Below, one piece after another: positions 37,193 through 46,778 of a stretch of DNA of 64,000 nucleotides. A model generated the notes under the pieces. That model made no database searches, was not told where the DNA came from, and worked only from the letters and a program-made list of their open reading frames with translations. Source of the DNA: a virus (lineage: Duplodnaviria > Caudoviricetes); IMG/VR virus record IMGVR_UViG_2903352716_000007, positions 1 through 64,000 of that record. The stretch is one strand, 5' to 3'. A program made the translations under genes and the position numbers. Positions within the stretch are counted from its first letter, which is position 1. Each line of letters starts with the position of its first letter.

Positions 37193-37744
37193 ATGACGCC
37201 AGTCGAACTACTGGAAAGCGTCAAGGGGCGCTTTCAGCCGCTTTTAGCGGATGACGAAACATTGCTTCAAACCCTGCTACGTCAGGCGCTGACCACTTAC
37301 CAGGATAAGGCTGGCGTGATTAAGCCTGTGCGCATCAAAAAAGAGGATGGTGTCAGCCTGAAGCCACCAGAAGACTACCTGGCGTTAATCCACGTCACAG
37401 ATAGTCGTGGGTGTCTGGTGTATTCCGATCCCTTCCCGGACTCCATTGACCTTGATTTGAATGGGGATGAGCGCTACCCCTTCACAATGCTCTACCTGGT
37501 CAATCTGCGAGATCGCAATTACAAAGAATGGAATATACCGGCTGACATTATCGGGATGCTGGAAGACTACCTGGAGGCGCTTATCGCAATAAAGAACACA
37601 GAGAGACTTCGTATTGTCGCCATTGCCGGGAAGCTGGACACAAGCGGATACCCGGATGAAATCACCCTGCAGCAGCGCAAGCAAGAGCTGGAAGCGCAAA
37701 TGTCAGCTAACAGGGCCATTATTCCTGGGGCGACCGTTCTGTAA
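37193..37744 (+). CDS. pmgC: head-tail adaptor-like protein (P1 PmgC-like)
   Basis: LLRQALTTYQDKAG; gene order pmgC-tub-pmgB-sit. Confidence 0.65.
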   Translation: MTPVELLESVKGRFQPLLADDETLLQTLLRQALTTYQDKAGVIKPVRIKKEDGVSLKPPEDYLALIHVTDSRGCLVYSDPFPDSIDLDLNGDERYPFTMLYLVNLRDRNYKEWNIPADIIGMLEDYLEALIAIKNTERLRIVAIAGKLDTSGYPDEITLQQRKQELEAQMSANRAIIPGATVL

Positions 37745-37796
37745 CGCGTGGGAAAGTGCTGTATAGCTTGCAGCACTCCACCAGCATATTGAGGTG

Positions 37797-38501
37797 AATA
37801 TGGGATTCTTTGATGGGCTGGCGAGTAACATCACCGGCGGGGCCAGCGCAAAATCCATTGGCAGTAATTTAATCTCTAACATCCTTGATCGCGCCACATC
37901 CATTTCGAGTGGTAGGCCTGTGTCATTCGGTGGCCTACCCGCTGAGTTATCGAATGCGAAGTCTATTTTACAGGCCGCAATGCGTATTCGTTACGCGCAG
38001 GGCTGGCAGTGGACCATTGAGGCCGATGGTATGCCCGGACTCGACATGTACGCTAAAGACGTTACCTATGGGTTCGGCAACATAGAAACGGAGTCCAAAC
38101 TTATCGGAGGGATTGAGTTCAATAAACCGACTCACCGGACGGCTGGAAACCTTACGATGACCGTGCGTGATAACGAACGGGGTGATTTGTACCGGTGGTT
38201 TGATCAGCGCCGAGCGAGGGTTATTAATAATGACGGGACTATTAACCTCCCCCACGCCTATCTGATGAACATTCGAATTTACCGGGTAACGCAGGAAGGC
38301 CAGCGCAATTTAGAGGAAGAAGTCTCGGTGATTCCAACGACGCTTGGAGAGATTACCCGTTCGCGTGACCAGGTAACTGAGTTCACGTCCTACCCTTTGT
38401 CGTTTGTTAAATACTCGTCGATTAACCGGGGGCTGGGAGGCCTTGCAGAGAGCGCCATTTCAGGGCTGACAGGCAAAGTTAGTAGCGCCATTCAATTCTA
38501 A
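37797..38501 (+). CDS. tub: P1 Tub-like tail tube/baseplate protein
   Basis: GWQWTIE..DMYAKDVTY, LTMTVRDNE; gene order. Confidence 0.7.
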   Translation, partial: NMGFFDGLASNITGGASAKSIGSNLISNILDRATSISSGRPVSFGGLPAELSNAKSILQAAMRIRYAQGWQWTIEADGMPGLDMYAKDVTYGFGNIETESKLIGGIEFNKPTHRTAGNLTMTVRDNERGDLYRWFDQRRARVINNDGTINLPHAYLMNIRIYRVTQEGQRNLEEEVSVIPTTLGEITRSRDQVTEFTSYPLSFVKYSSINRGLGGLAESAISGLTGKVSSAIQF

Positions 38502-38504
38502 ATG

Positions 38505-38813
38505 TCACACAATCATATAGTGTGATTGTCATTTGATAATGCTGAATGATAGTCACACTGTCATAAGTTATGACTGAAACAAAAGATGACGTAGTGACCG
38601 TCGTATTATCGTAAGGAGTGTTTGTCACTCTATCATTCTTTCACATCATCACATCATCACATCATCACATCATCATTCTGTCATATCCTCATATCCTCAT
38701 ATCCTCATTCAGCGTTAATGCCGGTCTTTTGCAGTGCCACATTGTATTAAAGTAATATTGTCATTTTGTAATATCTTCACATCGTCATACATTCATATCA
38801 TATGAAAGTCACA
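38505..38813. repeat. array of TCAY boxes in 8-bp phase, putative centromere
   Basis: About 26 of 39 lattice positions carry TCAYN or its complement; uninterrupted run of 11 from 38625 to 38709. Confidence 0.85.
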
Positions 38814-38838
38814 TCAGTAATGTGTGGTGCCACGAGAT

Positions 38839-38859
38839 AAAACACAGACTGACTATCCT
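38839..38859 (+). promoter_or_regulatory. putative late promoter
   Basis: AAAACACAGAC-tgac-TATCCT; implies pmgB starts at ATG 38891. Confidence 0.65.
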
Positions 38860-38890
38860 ACCCGGCATCACTCAATTGCTGGGGCTTAAA

Positions 38891-39709
38891 ATGAATATTC
38901 CCGCTTTCCCATTACCATCCCGACCAAAAAAAGAGATCAGTTTTCGAATGCCCACTGTGGCGGATTCCATGGAATACAGCGACAGCCAGGAGGAGCAGGA
39001 AGAAGTCACTACCACTGAATACCTGAATGCCATGCAGCCTGGCGAAGTTAATGACTCTGCCCTATGGACGGCGCAGGACCGTCGGACCGCGTTATGGTGG
39101 ATTTACATCAATTCCCGCACGGACACCGTGACCACATTCCCTTATGAGTGCAAGCACTGCGGGGAAACTCATTTCTATGATTGCGACCTGAGAGCGCTGT
39201 CTGAAACTGCAGAGTTGCTGACGGAAGAACCAGTTCGCCGCGTCACGGTGCCGGTTAAAGGCGTTCCTACAGAGTGGACGCTAAAGCCGCTGGATGGTCG
39301 GGGTATTTGTATGCTCGAAAAACTCCGATTCATGCTGCCTGACGAAGCCGACCCTGAATACAACAACGCTGTACGGCGAATGCGCCTGGCTGAAATAGCC
39401 CTGCATACGGCGCTTGACGATGACCCTGAAGACTTTGAAGCCGCTGCAAACCGTCGCTTCGACCTGATTCAAAGCATGACCACTGATGCGGAATTTGTGC
39501 CGCTGGTGGCCCATGTTCACTTAATGCAGCGCGACTTACGGCATGGACTGGAAGTGAGCATTGATCGCGGCGCTGTCAGCCTGGTTTTACCTCCGCACCA
39601 CTGTGAAGCTGAGGGTAAGGAGGGTATGGCAACACGGTTGCTCGTTCCCTTTCGGCCTGGCGCATTCATTCCAAACTTTAAATCTGAGTGGCTGGCTAAC
39701 AATTATTAA
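38891..39709 (+). CDS. pmgB: tail assembly chaperone (P1 PmgB-like, T4 gp26-like)
   Basis: Zn knuckle CKHCG; directly upstream of the tape measure gene. Confidence 0.7.
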   Translation: MNIPAFPLPSRPKKEISFRMPTVADSMEYSDSQEEQEEVTTTEYLNAMQPGEVNDSALWTAQDRRTALWWIYINSRTDTVTTFPYECKHCGETHFYDCDLRALSETAELLTEEPVRRVTVPVKGVPTEWTLKPLDGRGICMLEKLRFMLPDEADPEYNNAVRRMRLAEIALHTALDDDPEDFEAAANRRFDLIQSMTTDAEFVPLVAHVHLMQRDLRHGLEVSIDRGAVSLVLPPHHCEAEGKEGMATRLLVPFRPGAFIPNFKSEWLANNY

Positions 39710-39824
39710 CAACCTCACGTTATACGGCTATCAGCCAGTGAGCGACGTCGAACGGTTGCCGGAGTGGAGAGCGCTGGAAATGAATAAAGCGCTACAGGAT
39801 AAGTACAAAATTAAGAGTTCTTGA
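39651..39824 (+). CDS. +1-frame extension of the chaperone (T4 gp51-like segment)
   Basis: Open frame ending ...WLTIINNLTLYGYQPVSDVERLPEWRALEMNKALQDKYKIKSS; no RBS-supported start of its own. Confidence 0.5.
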   Translation, partial: FGLAHSFQTLNLSGWLTIINNLTLYGYQPVSDVERLPEWRALEMNKALQDKYKIKSS

Positions 39825-39826
39825 CG

Positions 39827-42800
39827 ATGGTGAAACAGGATCGGTTGAGCATCATTGATGCCATAGAAAAAGCCAGCGAAGCGGAATTGGGCGAGTTAGC
39901 GCGGATCTCCCAGGCGTTACAAAATATCGCCCCGGCGCATACAGGCGGAGTACCAGCGAACGACAGAGGCTCATCTGAGCAAAGCGGTCCGACACTGGTA
40001 GTCAGCCGTCGGTTGAAGCAGAGAACCAATTCACACGGCACCCAACGCAAACAGTCGCATGAGGACGAAAACGACAATTCACAAAGTCCAAAAGGGGAAA
40101 ATAAAGACCATAAAAGGACTTATAGAAAGGACAATTTAAGCAAAGACTCGCGCAAACCCGAAAATGTACCTACCGAAAGGACTAAACAGGAACAAAAGGA
40201 ACCGAGAAAGCGAAAATATCAGGCCTCCGGTAACAGAACCTATGCTGATGTAATGGCGGCGAATGGTCTGCCGCTGACGCGGGAGCAGGGGCCAAAGCCA
40301 TCCCGGAAACAGCGACAAGTTCACGCTCGAGACACCGAAGCCAGCAATGACAGTAGTAACTCAACAAAACGCGATTCGTCCGGGCGTTTTGTGTCTCGTG
40401 ATAAAGCGGAAGAGACAAGCCGGGTTCGTCAGCAAAAGCTGGGGCAAAAAGAACAAGAGAAACTGCAGGTTGGTTTTTTCAGCCGCCTGAGCAACATGCT
40501 CAAAGGTAACAGCGACAAAGAAGCCAATTCGAACGCCGACGGCGCGGAGCTGGTGGGCGGTGCTGCCGTAGGTGGTCCGGTGTGGATGCTGGGGCGGGGA
40601 ATGTTCGATCTCGGCAAGAGTGTGAGTGATAACGTTGTTTCGCTGCAGAAATGGGCAAATGACAAGAAAGAGGGCAAAGAGCTGGGCGAGCCTTCGCCAG
40701 CAAAAAAATATCCTGATGTAGTAACACAGCCACTTCCTCCGCCGGTGATGGGCAAGAAGTCATCGGCTGAAACCTTCACGCGTGGAAACGTGGAAAAGGG
40801 CATCCAGGCCACCAAAGAACAAACCCAAACCATCGCCGCCAATGATGAGCGAATCATTGAAGGGCTGGACGAGATCCGGGAAGAAATTAAACGGAGTGGC
40901 AAGGGGGCGAACGGTGGCGGTTTAGGGGGCTGGTTCGGCGATCGCTTTGGTCGAAAGGGAAGGCGAGGGCGAGCTGGCCATATTGGGCGTGGAGACATAT
41001 CACTGCCTGATAAAGCGGGGAAGAGGGTGCGCAAGCCGACCGGGAAGGCGGGCAAGCTGGGCAAACTCAAGGCGGTTATGTCCTCCGCTAACGTGCTTAA
41101 AGGCGCTGGTGGAGTTGTTGCCAGTGGTGCGCTTGCTGCCACCGGCGCGAAAGTGGCATCCGACGCGGTTGCTAAACCCGCTGCCGAAAAAATTGCAAAT
41201 AAAGCCGTTGAAGCTGCCGCCAAACCTGCAGCGGTCAAGACTGCAACACCAATAGCGGAGGAAGCAGGGGAGGCCATAGCGAAGAAAGGCGCGCTAAAAG
41301 CGGGTGGCAAACTTGGGGCAAAAGCCGCATTGAAGACGATCCCCATTCTCGGTACTGCGCTTGGTATTGGCTGGGATGCGTATGACGGTGTAAATGACGA
41401 AGAAGGCCAGAGAGCCGCGTTTAACGTTGCCGAAGGCAAAGAAGTCAACGCCCGACAAAAAACAGCCTTCACCGCTGCGAATGTGCTCAATATGGGAGGG
41501 CTGGTATCTGGTGGAGCCGGATTACTGGCTTCCGGCGCGCGAATGATTGGTATGGATAAGGTTGCTGATTCGTTGACCTTTGACACCGAGACGATTGCTA
41601 AAGGCCTGGATTCAGGCATGGCGACTGTTGGTGATGCCATATCAAAGGTTACGTCATCCTATGAAGATAAAGGCAATGAGATAACCAAAGCCGTATCTGA
41701 TGGTACAGATAAAACCGTTACCGCCATCAATAAGCTTGGCTCACAAATGCAGGGCGGTGAATGGGGGCAAGATAACGTTGGTGCCGCCGGTCAATCTGTA
41801 TCGGATTACGCGTCCGTTCAGGCCAATGACATTTCGGCGGATCTGAACATTGGCGGGAAAAATGCAAAAGTACGCTCATTCCGTAACAACAACTTTGGGA
41901 ACCTGAATTACGTCGGGCAGGAAGGCGCGAGACTCGAAGATCCGAACGGGAAAGGCCTGGCAAGGTTCGCGAAGTTTAATACGCCAGAAGAGGGCTTTAG
42001 GGCGCTGGCGAACCAACTCACGCTGTATTCAAACGGGAAGTCAAAAGCTACTGGTGGTAAGAAACTCAATACCGTTGAGGACATTATCAAGATCTACGCA
42101 CCAGAGAGCGAAAACAACACGAAGAACTATATCAGTTCGCTTTCCAAAAAAATGGGCGTGGAGTCCGGGCAGCAACTGGATATGACCAATCCCGAGGTTA
42201 TGACCCAGTTAATGCGCGGCATCGCCACCATTGAAGGCGGGAACCCACAGGTTACGGATCAGTTCATTAAGGACTCTATCGGTACACACCAGGACGGAAA
42301 ATGGGTTGGCGGGAAATTTAGCAACGAATCCCTGAAAGTCGTCAATGAACAACGGGCCAGCAAAGGCCTGGCACCAATTGCAGGTAATTCCCTCTACAGC
42401 ACCGGCAGTAAGGCGATCACCACAGCGTCACCGAATGCGATTACCCCATCACCGGCAACTGGCGCCAGCGCAGCAGCAGCTATTGCCAGTGTACCGGCGA
42501 AGGTGGATAAGGCCGTTCAGGAGCAGTTAAACGAACACAATGTTAGCGGCCTGACAAAAAATCGTCCGGATGCAGGGATCACTCAACCAAAAGCAGCCAC
42601 TCAATCTGCCATTAAAGCCAGTGAAGAACGGGAAAAAGCGGCATCCAGTAAAGATGGCGTATGGGATAAAACGAAATCAGCTATGGCTACGGGCGCCAGC
42701 GCGGTAATGGCGGTACCTGGCAAGTTAGATGATGCGCTGCAGGAGAAAATGACAGAGTTCAGCGTCCGAGGCATGAAAAAAAATCGCCCGTCTGCCGGGT

Positions 42801-43582
42801 TAACTCTGCCTAACGGAGCTGCGTTGCCATCGTCACTTGAAATGGCAGCATTACCCGCCTCAGAAATCGCCCGTCGCAGCCGTGAGGCCAGCGCCAGGGC
42901 AACTACGCAAACAGCAAGCACTACGACAACAGTATCCGGGCGTTCGCCAGCCAATGCGTCAGGCGTTACGAAAGTCAGCGCCATCGATGCAGCCGTCCCC
43001 GAAGAAAGCATGTTTGAAAAAGCAATGGGCGGGGCCGTTGACGGACTGAAAACGGTCGGCGCGTCCATCCTCCCGGCAGTCAGCGACACGCTAAACCAGA
43101 CAATCAGTGGTTTCAGTGGTAGCCAGGTGGTAGGGGACGCGTTGAACGCAGCAGGAATGTCGGACCCTACCATTCAGCGCGCTATCGCGCCCATTACCGA
43201 TAAGGTTGGAACCTGGCTTGATGGCGGGGTTGATTCGTTTAAAGAGGCCTCGACGTCGCTGTTAACTAAGGATCAGACCGCATTACCGACATCCATTACG
43301 TCACAGTCGTCTGGCCTGTCCATTCCGAAGTCTATGCCTACCGTTCAGGATCTGGCGGGAAGTGGTATCCGACCATCGTTAAGCACTGACACTGCAAATC
43401 ATGATGTGGATATCCTGAAAGAGTTAAGAGGCATGGGGGCCACGTTAGAACAGCTTTTGAGTGTATCAAAACAGAAAGGGGATGCACCGGAAAAAGTTGT
43501 TCATACCGCACAACCAGCACCGCGCAAGGCGGCGTCTTTTTCCATTAAAGATGCGACGCTCGATGACCTATTGAGGGAATAA
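39827..43582 (+). CDS. sit: tape measure protein with muramidase-like domain (P1 Sit-like)
   Basis: About 1250 aa, Ala/Gly-rich; FRNNNFGNL..FAKF.TPEEGFRAL..YAPESEN.T..Y. Confidence 0.85.
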   Translation: MVKQDRLSIIDAIEKASEAELGELARISQALQNIAPAHTGGVPANDRGSSEQSGPTLVVSRRLKQRTNSHGTQRKQSHEDENDNSQSPKGENKDHKRTYRKDNLSKDSRKPENVPTERTKQEQKEPRKRKYQASGNRTYADVMAANGLPLTREQGPKPSRKQRQVHARDTEASNDSSNSTKRDSSGRFVSRDKAEETSRVRQQKLGQKEQEKLQVGFFSRLSNMLKGNSDKEANSNADGAELVGGAAVGGPVWMLGRGMFDLGKSVSDNVVSLQKWANDKKEGKELGEPSPAKKYPDVVTQPLPPPVMGKKSSAETFTRGNVEKGIQATKEQTQTIAANDERIIEGLDEIREEIKRSGKGANGGGLGGWFGDRFGRKGRRGRAGHIGRGDISLPDKAGKRVRKPTGKAGKLGKLKAVMSSANVLKGAGGVVASGALAATGAKVASDAVAKPAAEKIANKAVEAAAKPAAVKTATPIAEEAGEAIAKKGALKAGGKLGAKAALKTIPILGTALGIGWDAYDGVNDEEGQRAAFNVAEGKEVNARQKTAFTAANVLNMGGLVSGGAGLLASGARMIGMDKVADSLTFDTETIAKGLDSGMATVGDAISKVTSSYEDKGNEITKAVSDGTDKTVTAINKLGSQMQGGEWGQDNVGAAGQSVSDYASVQANDISADLNIGGKNAKVRSFRNNNFGNLNYVGQEGARLEDPNGKGLARFAKFNTPEEGFRALANQLTLYSNGKSKATGGKKLNTVEDIIKIYAPESENNTKNYISSLSKKMGVESGQQLDMTNPEVMTQLMRGIATIEGGNPQVTDQFIKDSIGTHQDGKWVGGKFSNESLKVVNEQRASKGLAPIAGNSLYSTGSKAITTASPNAITPSPATGASAAAAIASVPAKVDKAVQEQLNEHNVSGLTKNRPDAGITQPKAATQSAIKASEEREKAASSKDGVWDKTKSAMATGASAVMAVPGKLDDALQEKMTEFSVRGMKKNRPSAGLTLPNGAALPSSLEMAALPASEIARRSREASARATTQTASTTTTVSGRSPANASGVTKVSAIDAAVPEESMFEKAMGGAVDGLKTVGASILPAVSDTLNQTISGFSGSQVVGDALNAAGMSDPTIQRAIAPITDKVGTWLDGGVDSFKEASTSLLTKDQTALPTSITSQSSGLSIPKSMPTVQDLAGSGIRPSLSTDTANHDVDILKELRGMGATLEQLLSVSKQKGDAPEKVVHTAQPAPRKAASFSIKDATLDDLLRE

Positions 43583-43586
43583 GCAC

Positions 43587-43970
43587 GTGATATACGAGAT
43601 TGACGGATTACTCAGGGTTGATGCTGGTGGCGTCATCGTTGTTGAGGGGACTGGCAAGGTAAGCCAAATCCGGCTGGAGGAATGGCTGAGAACACCAATA
43701 GGCAGCGTTTACGGCTTGCCATCATGGGGTAATCCATTAGCGAAATTCAAACATGAACCCATTGGATCGGAGAAAAGCTATCTGGTGGAGGTCGCTATTG
43801 AAAACGAGCTGATTAAAAAACTCCGCATGGATTTGCCTTCCGTCCGTCTCCTGCAGGTGCGGTGTGAGTCGGTATCTGAAGATACGTTGGCAATTACCTT
43901 TGTGACGCCAGACGGTGAATTTACTACCCCTATGCCTATGCAAAAAGAATCAAACGGGAGAACATCTTGA
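43587..43970 (+). CDS. pmgA: baseplate wedge protein (P1 PmgA-like, gp25-like)
   Basis: WLRTPIGSVYGLPSWGN. Confidence 0.75.
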   Translation: MIYEIDGLLRVDAGGVIVVEGTGKVSQIRLEEWLRTPIGSVYGLPSWGNPLAKFKHEPIGSEKSYLVEVAIENELIKKLRMDLPSVRLLQVRCESVSEDTLAITFVTPDGEFTTPMPMQKESNGRTS

Positions 43971-45406
43971 GCATTCAGGAATTACTTGAAAAGTTTAACG
44001 GCTTACTTCAGGACAAGCCGTGGTGGGCGCGCTTCGCGAACAGTCAGTTTATCCAAATGATGAGCGTGTTTGGCGCTCAGGTTATCTATATCGCTCAATC
44101 CCACGCCAGGCGAGCGCTGGGGGAGGGCTTTATCTCTACGGCAACGAAACGTTCAAGTATTCTGGCTGCAGCCGAAGACCGTGGATACGTCGGGCCGCTA
44201 ATCACCCCGTCGTCAGGTGCTATCAGCATCAGGAACAAGACGAAAAAAGAAATTCAGTTACCCATCTATGCCGAATTGTTGTCTTCGCTGGAGTTGCCCT
44301 ATGTTCTTTCGGATGCCGTGACGATCCCTGCCGGGGGAACCGTTGAAGTCAAAAACGTCCTGCAGATGGAAATGGTCAGCATCAGTGCTGACATTGAAAA
44401 AGAAAGCGCCTTTTTCACCTTACTTTTACCTAAAGATATCACCGCAGAAACGGCCTCTATCAACGTGTTTGTGCTTGCTGGTGGGTTGCGCCGGAAGTGG
44501 AAATATAACCCTATGTTCAGGCTGTCACGTGCGACCAGCGAGCATTACGTTCTGGTGTACCGACCATCTGAACAATTAGGCGTCCGTTTTGGTAATGGTT
44601 CTACCGGCGCAATGCCACCGGCGGGAAGCCGTGTTGAAATTGAAGCATGGTGTAGCCAGGGCGAAACAACGTTGGCGCAGGGGCAAAAACTCACCCCCGC
44701 AGGTAATATTTCGTCAATGGCAGAAATGCTGGAAGTGGTCACGACGACCCCCATTACCGGCGGTAGTGGGTTTGAATCGACCGAAGATACGCGCTATCGC
44801 GCTCAGTATTACGTACCGTTTGATGAGCAGGTTGTATGGGGTGGTGATTATCGCTATTTCATTCATCGCCATGTTCCGGGCATGAGCTGGCTTGCTGTAT
44901 GGGGAGAACAGCAACAAGAAGCCGCAACCGGCGTCAAAGACCTTCGCAATATCAATACCATTTTCTTCAGTGGACATAAGCCGGGTGTTTCTCAGGAGCA
45001 GTTAGCCGATTCCATTCATATGGCACTGAAAAGCGTACCCAATGCCCTGAATAAAAACTTCCGCTGGATGGAGGTAAATCAGAAACCGTTCACCATTACT
45101 TTGACCGGTCGCGCCAATAAAAACGTGGTCATTAACGACGCCAAAAAAGCCATCACCGATGAACTGGAGTCTCGTTTCGGCTACGACTCCAAAAGCTTTG
45201 GTGACGAGCTGGAAAACGGCGACGTGCAGTTTGTTCAGGTGAAAGTGAAGGATATGTGGACGTGCGTTGATGAAATGGGGTTGCTAAGTACCTATGACAT
45301 AACGGTTGAGGGTATGCAGGAGTCAGAAAATCTCAACGATTTTATCTATCTCGATACCAAAAACTCTACGTTTGATATCCGCCAGTCAGGGGAGGTGATC
45401 CGGTGA
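43967..45406 (+). CDS. bplA: baseplate J-like protein (P1 BplA-like)
   Basis: A.KRSSIL..AEDRGY.., VRFGNG..G.MP, GG...ES.E..R. Confidence 0.85.
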   Translation: MSIQELLEKFNGLLQDKPWWARFANSQFIQMMSVFGAQVIYIAQSHARRALGEGFISTATKRSSILAAAEDRGYVGPLITPSSGAISIRNKTKKEIQLPIYAELLSSLELPYVLSDAVTIPAGGTVEVKNVLQMEMVSISADIEKESAFFTLLLPKDITAETASINVFVLAGGLRRKWKYNPMFRLSRATSEHYVLVYRPSEQLGVRFGNGSTGAMPPAGSRVEIEAWCSQGETTLAQGQKLTPAGNISSMAEMLEVVTTTPITGGSGFESTEDTRYRAQYYVPFDEQVVWGGDYRYFIHRHVPGMSWLAVWGEQQQEAATGVKDLRNINTIFFSGHKPGVSQEQLADSIHMALKSVPNALNKNFRWMEVNQKPFTITLTGRANKNVVINDAKKAITDELESRFGYDSKSFGDELENGDVQFVQVKVKDMWTCVDEMGLLSTYDITVEGMQESENLNDFIYLDTKNSTFDIRQSGEVIR

Positions 45407-46257
45407 TTAAAGACTGGTTAAAAAAACAGTTAATTCCCGAAAAACAGCGCCAGGGCTTATGGCCTGACTTCGCTGATGTGACACAGGCGGTCTATGAGGA
45501 ACAGGTAGCCCCTCTGCTTTCCCGACTCAGCGATCGTAAGTCGTTTTTTTCCATGCACCCGGAGGACATGGATACCCGTATCAGTGAGTACGGGCGATTT
45601 TTCGTTATTGGAGAAACAGACAAAGCGAGTAGGCCAATACTGCTGGCCCAGCGTCTTGATGAAGTCCATTTTAAGGGAACCGACCGGCCTATTGTCTCTA
45701 CGTTCTGGCGTGAGTTTGGCAACCTGCCGGTCAACTGGGAGCCGTTATACGCACCGGTAGACCAGGAGCGTTTCCCGTATGGCACGTTTTTTACTACAGA
45801 AAGCGGCGTTAAGATCGCGCAGGGGAGTTATGGGGATTTCTTTCTCACCTCGCGCGGCACCATTAATGTTGACCTGAACAAGCTGTATGAAATTTACGGC
45901 TATGAGGAACAGGACAAGTTAATTAAACGGCTGATAAAAGACGTAGACCGAATTATTGCCCCGTTACTGCCTCTCGAAACAGTATTTGATGGCATTTCTC
46001 TCCGTCTGGATTTCTGGCTTGAGGAAGCAGAAGAAACCATAAAGCTTGCCCATTCCTCGGTAGGTTGTAGCCGTGCTTTTCTGTTTCAGCCTGTCCAGGA
46101 GTTAGCGAACCTGCAACAAACACAGGTTAGTTATGATGCTGGCGAAGTGACACCCCAAACGTGTTCCCTGGAACCTATCTACCTAACCCTTGACACTATA
46201 CCGGTTGACGCGTGGCCTCTGGATTTACCTATCCTCGTGCGGGGGGAGGGGGGTTAG
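45403..46257 (+). CDS. P1 gp16-like baseplate protein
   Basis: RLDEVHFKGT; gene order bplA-16-R-S. Confidence 0.75.
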   Translation: MIKDWLKKQLIPEKQRQGLWPDFADVTQAVYEEQVAPLLSRLSDRKSFFSMHPEDMDTRISEYGRFFVIGETDKASRPILLAQRLDEVHFKGTDRPIVSTFWREFGNLPVNWEPLYAPVDQERFPYGTFFTTESGVKIAQGSYGDFFLTSRGTINVDLNKLYEIYGYEEQDKLIKRLIKDVDRIIAPLLPLETVFDGISLRLDFWLEEAEETIKLAHSSVGCSRAFLFQPVQELANLQQTQVSYDAGEVTPQTCSLEPIYLTLDTIPVDAWPLDLPILVRGEGG

Positions 46258-46267
46258 CCGCCGACAC

Positions 46268-46288
46268 AAAGTACAGACTGATTATTAT
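46268..46288 (+). promoter_or_regulatory. putative late promoter
   Basis: AAAGTACAGAC-tgat-TATTAT. Confidence 0.7.
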
Positions 46289-46319
46289 CCCGTCACAGTT
46301 CTAGTGACGGGGTTTTCAT

Positions 46320-46778
46320 ATGTCAGACAACATCAATTTATCTTCGCCGAATGGGAGTATGTATAAGGCAAAACTGCTGGATTACTACTATACCCGTCGC
46401 GCGGAATCCGCGATCGGCATTGGTAGCCGTTTTACGCTAATGAAAGCTTACTGGGGCCGCTCTGACCTGGTAACGAAAAATCCTGATGGCGGTTGGAATA
46501 TTGCCGAAATTCCAAATGATTTCGCCAATGAACAGCTCATCGGAAAGTTTGCCGAAAGTGAATTGATATGCACGTTGCAAGGTGCAGTCATCACGGTAAG
46601 CATTGTCCTTCCGGAGTCTGCACTGCCGGAAAATGATGTGTTCGATTTTAATACTCTTGCCCTAATAGACGATCAGGGCGCTGTATTTGCCGTGCTCTGC
46701 GCCCAGCAAGACAGTCTTTATAAGGGCAAAACGTACAATATTTTGCTCACGATTGAGCAGAAAGGAAACTCAAGATGA
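46320..46778 (+). CDS. P1 gpR-like tail fibre attachment protein
   Basis: [12 protein letters not shown]; directly before the tail fibre gene. Confidence 0.75.
   Translation: MSDNINLSSPNGSMYKAKLLDYYYTRRAESAIGIGSRFTLMKAYWGRSDLVTKNPDGGWNIAEIPNDFANEQLIGKFAESELICTLQGAVITVSIVLPESALPENDVFDFNTLALIDDQGAVFAVLCAQQDSLYKGKTYNILLTIEQKGNSR

Noticed and set aside
38641-38708. Simple tandem repeat or mini-CRISPR interpretation
   Set aside because: Units are 8 bp with no unique spacers and no cas genes; better explained as part of the phased box lattice
38822-38890. ORF-track N-terminal extension of pmgB
   Set aside because: Overlaps the late-promoter motif; ATG 38891 is the plausible start
40429-41640. 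403-aa antisense ORF, and similar long shadow ORFs such as 32380-33072 and 54445-55056
   Set aside because: Lie opposite well-supported genes; low-complexity mirror translations without RBS
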